A stretch of DNA of 64,000 nt, from the NCBI GenBank assembly GCA_002269645.1, contig NIVC01000010.1, positions 1,364,001 through 1,428,000 of the forward strand, written 5' to 3'. The translations under genes were made by a program, and so were the position numbers. The notes under the pieces are model-generated. The model was not told the DNA's origin. It worked only from the letters and a program-made list of their open reading frames with translations, and did not search any database. The stretch is from Macrostomum lignano. Lineage: Eukaryota. Position 1 is the stretch's first letter; each line of letters opens with the position of its first letter. Positions 58,415 through 64,000 of the stretch are shown one piece after another.

Positions 58415-59236
58415 ATGCCATGCAAGTGCACCGTAGCTGGTTGCAAGTCTGGCTACGACTCGCACGTAACTCCGGCGAGCGTGTCCTTTCACAAGTTTCC
58501 TACGGACCAAGGCGTTCTAGCGCAATGGCTGCAACAAATGTCTAGGGAGCCGACATACCAGCCTGGCAAGCAGACTCGAGTCTGCTCGTTGCACTTTCTC
58601 GAGTCCGACTTTGTCACGGAGAGTCAGGACACCAACGCGCGAAGGAAGAGGAAAAAGTCTGGCTACACGCACGAGCCTGTCATTCTGTCCAACCGGAGAC
58701 TGAAACGGGAAGCGGTCCCCACCCAATTCGGTAATGTTGGTGGTGCCAAGGCTTCGCAGGCGAAGCTTAAATCCAAGTGTAAGTCTACGTCTACTAGCCC
58801 TACTAAGTCTAATTCAACAATTAAGAAGAGTGCGAAAAAGTGCAAGAAAGTCAAGCCTCTGCCTCTTCGACGTCGCCAGCCCAACGCCATCACAGAATCC
58901 GTGTTTCAAGAACATATGGAGCTCTTCAATGCTAGCTCAATTGATAAGTTCGGCGATTTAGTGCAGAAATTTGAGGACAGACTCAAGAGCAGCAAACCGG
59001 CTGGCTTTGCCACGCTTTTAACTGACAGCAGCTTCAACATCATGCAGATCTTAGTTGGACCGCCTCCGTCTGTTCAGAACAGCATTGTTGTCAGCCGGCA
59101 GCTGGAAGTGACTGTGTACCGCGGACCGGAGCGGTTGCTGCCGTCGGAGTACCAGCACATCGTACCAGCGGATGAGCTGCTTAATTCAGTTGAACAGCTC
59201 AATGATCTCATGACGTTTGTTAAGTCTCACGACTGA
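58415..59236 (+). CDS. THAP-domain (C2CH zinc finger) protein, 273 aa, intronless
   Basis: MPCKCTVAGC...SFHKFP...W...RVCSLHF...AVPT is a canonical THAP signature. It is followed by a basic linker and a C-terminal region resembling that in THAP/P-element-derived proteins. Confidence 0.88.
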   Translation: MPCKCTVAGCKSGYDSHVTPASVSFHKFPTDQGVLAQWLQQMSREPTYQPGKQTRVCSLHFLESDFVTESQDTNARRKRKKSGYTHEPVILSNRRLKREAVPTQFGNVGGAKASQAKLKSKCKSTSTSPTKSNSTIKKSAKKCKKVKPLPLRRRQPNAITESVFQEHMELFNASSIDKFGDLVQKFEDRLKSSKPAGFATLLTDSSFNIMQILVGPPPSVQNSIVVSRQLEVTVYRGPERLLPSEYQHIVPADELLNSVEQLNDLMTFVKSHD

Positions 59237-59293
59237 TTCGCGTATAGACAAGGAGTCGGACTAATGGAGGTTTTCATTTTATCGTTCTGTTAC

Positions 59294-59622
59294 ATAATAA
59301 TAATAATAATAATAATAATTTATTACACCTGCCCTAATGGGCAGATGTGCAGCCGATAGCTCAGCCGCAGCTATTGCGCGGCGCATCTGAAGGCTGCGTA
59401 CGGCTGTTCAGTCCAAGGACTGGGGGGTCGCCACACACCCTCAGTTACCCCAGAATATGCTGGCACCCATTTTACAGCTGAGTGAACTGAAGCAATGCAG
59501 AGTTAAGTGTCTCTTGCTCAAGGACACAAATTGTTCCAGTGGGATCGGGAATCGAACCCCCGACCTTCAGTCGTGAGTCCGACGCTCTGACCACTAGGCT
59601 GCAACCCCCTCTAGGCTACAAC
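59294..59622 (-). mobile_element. tRNA-derived CORE-type SINE, full length (copy 3), with (ATT)n tail and duplicated 5' head unit
   Basis: The reverse complement aligns end to end with 12936-13240. The 5' end reads gttgtagcctagagggggttgcagcctagtggtcagag. Confidence 0.88.
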
Positions 59623-59731
59623 ACAGACAGCTAAGAATGATAGAATAGCCGTGCCATTTTTATGAATTTTGCGCACTGGGCACGTATGGATATAAAATTA
59701 ACATAAGAATCCTAATAATTTTCTAAACAAA

Positions 59732-59876
59732 AAGCTCTATGAATATCAATAGAGCTATAACAAAGGCAAGACATATCAAAATATGAACACTGAGTCTGCC
59801 TCCTATTAAAAGCAATAGCAATTTTTGTACTGAAAAAAATGAAAACCTGGATCCTAATTTCCGTAATGTATTTTCT
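59732..59876 (+). mobile_element. Solo arm of the foldback element found at 14524-14958
   Basis: aagctctatgaatatcaatagagctataa...gaacactgagtctgcctcctat...tgaaaaaaatg...tccgtaatgtatttt matches 14810-14950. Confidence 0.7.
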
Positions 59877-61744
59877 CAGTTAAATCTCAGTTTCCCTAAA
59901 AAGAGATAAAAAGCAATAAAATATAGAAGCAATAAATGTATAAAAGCAATACGACAAAAACTTTAACTTTATTTTTATTGTGTTATATAGCAGGTTCGCT
60001 CCTAGCCTTTAAATTTCTTGCTTTCTGTGCATTTTTTATCGAACATTTCAAATCTCCGCGTAGTAGTAGTTTAATACGTAAAGTTAGTAGTGTATAAATG
60101 CAATTTAAATTTGACATAAGTGTTCTTTCTTCGTTGACTGACTGTTTACATATTTTACAAGAATGCTTATAATTCCCTTGTACGCTCGTACTAAATATGT
60201 ACTCTTTTGCTGCATGTCCTACTCTAATTACAATTTTCAACAGTTTTTAACTAATTAGTGATTTCGGAAACACCTGTTACCGAATTGCTTTCCATTTAAC
60301 TGGTGAGTATAGTTACATAGATTTTATCGATGTATTTAATTTCAATTCTGTTGATGTAGCCTTAGTAAATCTAGTTAACTTGTTTTGTTTTATCATTATT
60401 ATACGAGTACTATTTATAGTTTGTGATTGTACATCAAAGTTGCTAATTAAATTTAAAACCAAATAGCGTTTGCATTTGCATGTAAATTTTAACATAGGCC
60501 AGGCATCGGAAAACTCCTGCATCTCAATCCGGCCCGCTCAAGGTTGGTGTCTCTTTTAAGTTCTCTCCTCTCTCTTTTCTTTTCCCTTTTCTCTCATCTA
60601 CTCTCTCCTCTCTTCTCTCTCTCTTATCTTCTACATATACCTCATCTCTTCTCTCATCTCAAATCTCTTCTTCTGTCTCTCCTCTATTTCATATCCAATT
60701 TACACTCTAATCTGGCCGGCAGCAATGATCTAGATTCTTTATCTGGCCCTTGAATTAAAAAGCTTTACGACCCCTGACATAGGCACACACCATACTGTAC
60801 ATATGCATACGAGCTAGACTGCACCGTTAGAGAGATCGGTGTTCGGAGCATAAGACATGCTCTTCGTGGGTATAATTAGGACGTGTGAGGGGGAGCAAGA
60901 AAGGCGTTGGTATGCATGTTAGAACTTAAATTAAGGTATGAGGATTATGAAGCGCTAAAAATTATGGAGTCACGTGATGCTCTCCAAGGTCGTCGTTGCC
61001 AGTGATGAAGTATAGAGACAGTGACACAGTGAGACAATTCTGGAGGTCTGTCTTGTAGATAGGGGTCAAAGAATATAGAAGCAGAAGAGCTAGAAAATGA
61101 AGAAATGGAGGATTAGGTGGGCCAGGGGAATACAGAATGCAAACTTAACCTGTTGTTACAAACTAAAAGGTGTGTAGATCGATTTGTCATCCCGGTAGGC
61201 AGATGAATCGAAACAATTATTACAGCATAGCGATGATCGACTATTTATTATGGAAGATTTCATTCAACACTTTTTTGCACTGCATGGCAAGTCAAGGCCA
61301 CCAAATTGATAGTATCTCGAAAATACATTTATATGCCCTTTAATTTGAAGGTTGAATGCTACTTTTTGAACTTTGAACCAAAGCATGACCCATTGAAGTT
61401 TAAGTTTTCATACATGTAGATCAAATGAATCTGCACTGAAATATACTTTGCAACTTTACAAAAGCATGAAATTACTGTAGTTCAAGCATATTAGTTTTCC
61501 ATACTGAATTAATAAGAAAAGATTCGTGAGACTTCGAAAATTATCAAGCTCCAATAGGCTAAGTTATTGATGTTTGCAAAGCTCTTGTCGAAATGCAATA
61601 ATACTACTCAATTCATCCAGGAAATTTTCGGACTGAACAAACAGTTATGACAACTCATATTTACTTTTGATAGGAATGCTGCTATATTAACAAAGTTTGC
61701 ACGGCAAATGCAATCGTAGTTGTCCAAACCTCTCTTGACGAAGC

Positions 61745-63487
61745 ATGGAGTCTAAGCTACTCAACATCTTGCACAATGACGACGTGGAGCAACTCACAGT
61801 TTTCATGAAGGATTCCGAAAGAGTTTGGCACGCTAGCGAGATACTCTTGCTGCAGTTGAGGACACAATATGGTACCCCTGAAGACCCATTGGAGTTTCGT
61901 TGTAGAAGTGACCTGTCTCTGCTCAACAGACAATCTACAGTTGTTGAGGTCGCCTTCTGTACTCTGGCTATTAACTGTCTAAATGAGCTACTCAGCTACA
62001 AAGATGAGTCAGTGAATCTGCTGTCGAGCACCTGTCCTCTGCATTGCCTCATCTATCAGCTATCGATAGTGCCATCTGATTGGGACAAAGAATTGGCTGC
62101 TGTACGCTTCCTTGAGGAACTGAGTTCCAGGAAGCATTGCGATTTCCTTCTGCGCTGCTGTGACGCTGAATCAGACGGCTACAACGCCCTGGAGTGGGCC
62201 GTGATTCACAAGCAGCTGCGCGTCGCCGACTGGATTCTGAGCTCGCCAAGGTACACTACTAGCGCAGTCCAGGCCGTGGGCTTGCGAGAATATTCGCTGG
62301 ACTTGACAGATTACAGTTTTCCCTGGGGCGGTCGGCTGTATAAGAATCCACTCAACGCGCTCGCCGAGATTGTTGCCGAGGATCTGAGAGTCAGTCAGAC
62401 TGCAAAGGATTTCCTAGATTCCGATTCAATCGCTAGATGGACACAGCACATGGTTCATCGGTACAGGATGCCAATTGCCATCAAGATAGTGGCCGTATTC
62501 CTGTTCAAGTGCATCTTCCTATTCTTTGGTACCGTCAGCATCTACCGGACGCTCTATTTTGGCTCCAGTTTCTCAGAAGCTCTCCAGGACAAAAATGCTA
62601 CCCGAGATTGCGCGATGCTTCAAATATTCAGCTTTCTCTCAAGCTCAAGCTGTATTACGGCGAGCGTCAGAACTCTGTCGTTCATGGCCATATCGGTGGT
62701 CAGCGCTGACGCATTTATGGTGTTCTTGGCGGTATCGATGTACCTGGCTGTAGCCAGGTGCGGCAAGTCGTCTTGGAGAATGTTTCTGCGCTACACTCTG
62801 GTCGAGTCAAAATTCACGCAGTCAATAGTGGTCGTACTTATTAACATTGCAGCTGTGTACTATTACTTTTCTAATATATCTAAGCCCATGGACCCTGTGC
62901 CGGCAACATTCGGAGAGGACTTTTGGAAGAGTAGCGTGGCTAGCACTTCGGAAATCTACTTTGTTGATATATTGGTTTTCGTCAGCTGCTGGGTGACGTT
63001 GTTTACCACAATCTACGATTGGACTCTGGTTGCTGATCACATATGCCTGGTGTGGAAAACCGGCATAGTGTTCAGCGGTTTTATGGTCGTCATATTCGTA
63101 GTCATAATTCTCTGCTCGTGGATCATTGCGGCCATAATTCCATGCGAACCAAGCTTCAATCACGAGTCGCAGAGCCACTTAATTAGCATCTGGACTGCCG
63201 TCTACAAAAGCCTGGTGTTTAGCACAATTTCGCAGCATTCCTACGAACGACTGGGAACATTCTCGATGCTAATGCACATGCTAATAAATTTGTTTTTCTT
63301 CAACTTTCTCATCGCGATCATGGCCGATCGCATGTCTACGATATGGGACAATTTGCGGCATATTGCCCTGGCTAACCGGTTAAGCGCTTACTTCGTGATA
63401 GAGTATTCCGTTGCATTCGTAGCTAGAATTTTTGTCAACAGAACAGAGCAACGCCGTCAATGGACTTTAACTTTTGTGAAGACCTAA
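61745..63487 (+). CDS. Divergent TRP (TRPV-like) cation channel, 580 aa, intronless
   Basis: Ankyrin-like segment (DGYNALEWAVIHKQLRVADWIL), YSLDLT (compare TRPV YDL) and several hydrophobic TM segments. An S6-like LINLFFFNFLIAIMADR (compare TRPV LNLLIAMMGD) is followed by a TRP-helix-like segment. Confidence 0.7.
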   Translation: MESKLLNILHNDDVEQLTVFMKDSERVWHASEILLLQLRTQYGTPEDPLEFRCRSDLSLLNRQSTVVEVAFCTLAINCLNELLSYKDESVNLLSSTCPLHCLIYQLSIVPSDWDKELAAVRFLEELSSRKHCDFLLRCCDAESDGYNALEWAVIHKQLRVADWILSSPRYTTSAVQAVGLREYSLDLTDYSFPWGGRLYKNPLNALAEIVAEDLRVSQTAKDFLDSDSIARWTQHMVHRYRMPIAIKIVAVFLFKCIFLFFGTVSIYRTLYFGSSFSEALQDKNATRDCAMLQIFSFLSSSSCITASVRTLSFMAISVVSADAFMVFLAVSMYLAVARCGKSSWRMFLRYTLVESKFTQSIVVVLINIAAVYYYFSNISKPMDPVPATFGEDFWKSSVASTSEIYFVDILVFVSCWVTLFTTIYDWTLVADHICLVWKTGIVFSGFMVVIFVVIILCSWIIAAIIPCEPSFNHESQSHLISIWTAVYKSLVFSTISQHSYERLGTFSMLMHMLINLFFFNFLIAIMADRMSTIWDNLRHIALANRLSAYFVIEYSVAFVARIFVNRTEQRRQWTLTFVKT

Positions 63488-63665
63488 TCAATCTAGCACA
63501 CTGACTGATATATTTGCTACTGATCGATACTATTGTTTATTTACTGTCCTCGTGCAAAATTACACTATTTAATGATACATTGGTAGTATAGTAGCTATAG
63601 CTTATGAAAAATCATGATGGAAATATACAAGACTATACAAGAATGATGAAAAGCATTTCCGTGAC

Positions 63666-64000
63666 TCAATAGATTTTCTCAGACGAAGCCAAAGCCAGAA
63701 AACAGCTCTGGGTACCCAGCCCCAGCCACATGGCGGCCGAAGCAGAATACAAAGCAATCAGGAGGCTGCGACTGATGGCGCACAGCCAGGGCTGCATCAG
63801 AGCGCAGACCGCCGCCGTGACTGAGCATCGAAGCAGTTCGCGTTTGGCCGTCAACTCGAGTCCAACCCGGTCCTCGAGCGTGCGAGCCACCCCGGTGAGG
63901 GCCCAGACGATGACGGCGCAGCCAACCAACAGAAGCAGCGGCTGCGACCTGTGCGCAGTCAGGAAGCCGTAGCCAGCTAGTGCGGCTATGAAGTGAACAG
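63666..64000 (-). CDS. 3' end of an unidentified multi-pass membrane protein (5'-partial)
   Basis: The frame is open from the window end (VHFIAALAGYGFL...LLLLVGCAVIVWAL...) to the stop at 63666. It is GC-rich with hydrophobic stretches. Confidence 0.55.
   Translation of the reverse strand, partial: VHFIAALAGYGFLTAHRSQPLLLLVGCAVIVWALTGVARTLEDRVGLELTAKRELLRCSVTAAVCALMQPWLCAISRSLLIALYSASAAMWLGLGTQSCFLALASSEKIY

Overview
Eukaryotic animal genomic DNA, not prokaryotic. It has GT-AG introns, tRNA-derived CORE-type SINEs and a very high density of intronic minisatellites. The overall style suggests a free-living flatworm such as Macrostomum lignano, which is inference only. In order, the window holds: the 3' part of a prolyl-4-hydroxylase-like gene with non-canonical iron ligands (<1-2678, +); a complete 16-exon Dicer gene (7148-39651, +, about 1788 aa) with intact RNase IIIa/IIIb catalytic residues but degenerate helicase ATPase motifs; an intronless acidic orphan ORF with an N-terminal Cys string (42391-43470, +); a complete 8-exon cytosolic aconitase/IRP1 gene (46556-57674, -, about 884 aa) with a frameshifted ecdysteroid-kinase-like gene nested in intron 6; a THAP zinc-finger gene head-to-head with it; an intronless divergent TRPV-like channel (61745-63487); and the 3' end of a membrane-protein gene. 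Nearly every long intron carries its own private tandem array, including a 12.3-kb 14-bp satellite in the last Dicer intron. The most unusual items are: (1) a 269-bp TIR/8-bp-TSD element just upstream of Dicer carrying a copy of the 28S rRNA R2/I-PpoI target region, altered exactly at the cleavage site; (2) a 2.2-kb minisatellite amplified from the A-box head of a SINE; (3) inverted SINEs bracketing Dicer exon 5; (4) arrays built from splice-signal-like units. Exon boundaries were read by eye and checked for phase consistency. Repeat boundaries and copy numbers are approximate, and no searches were run.
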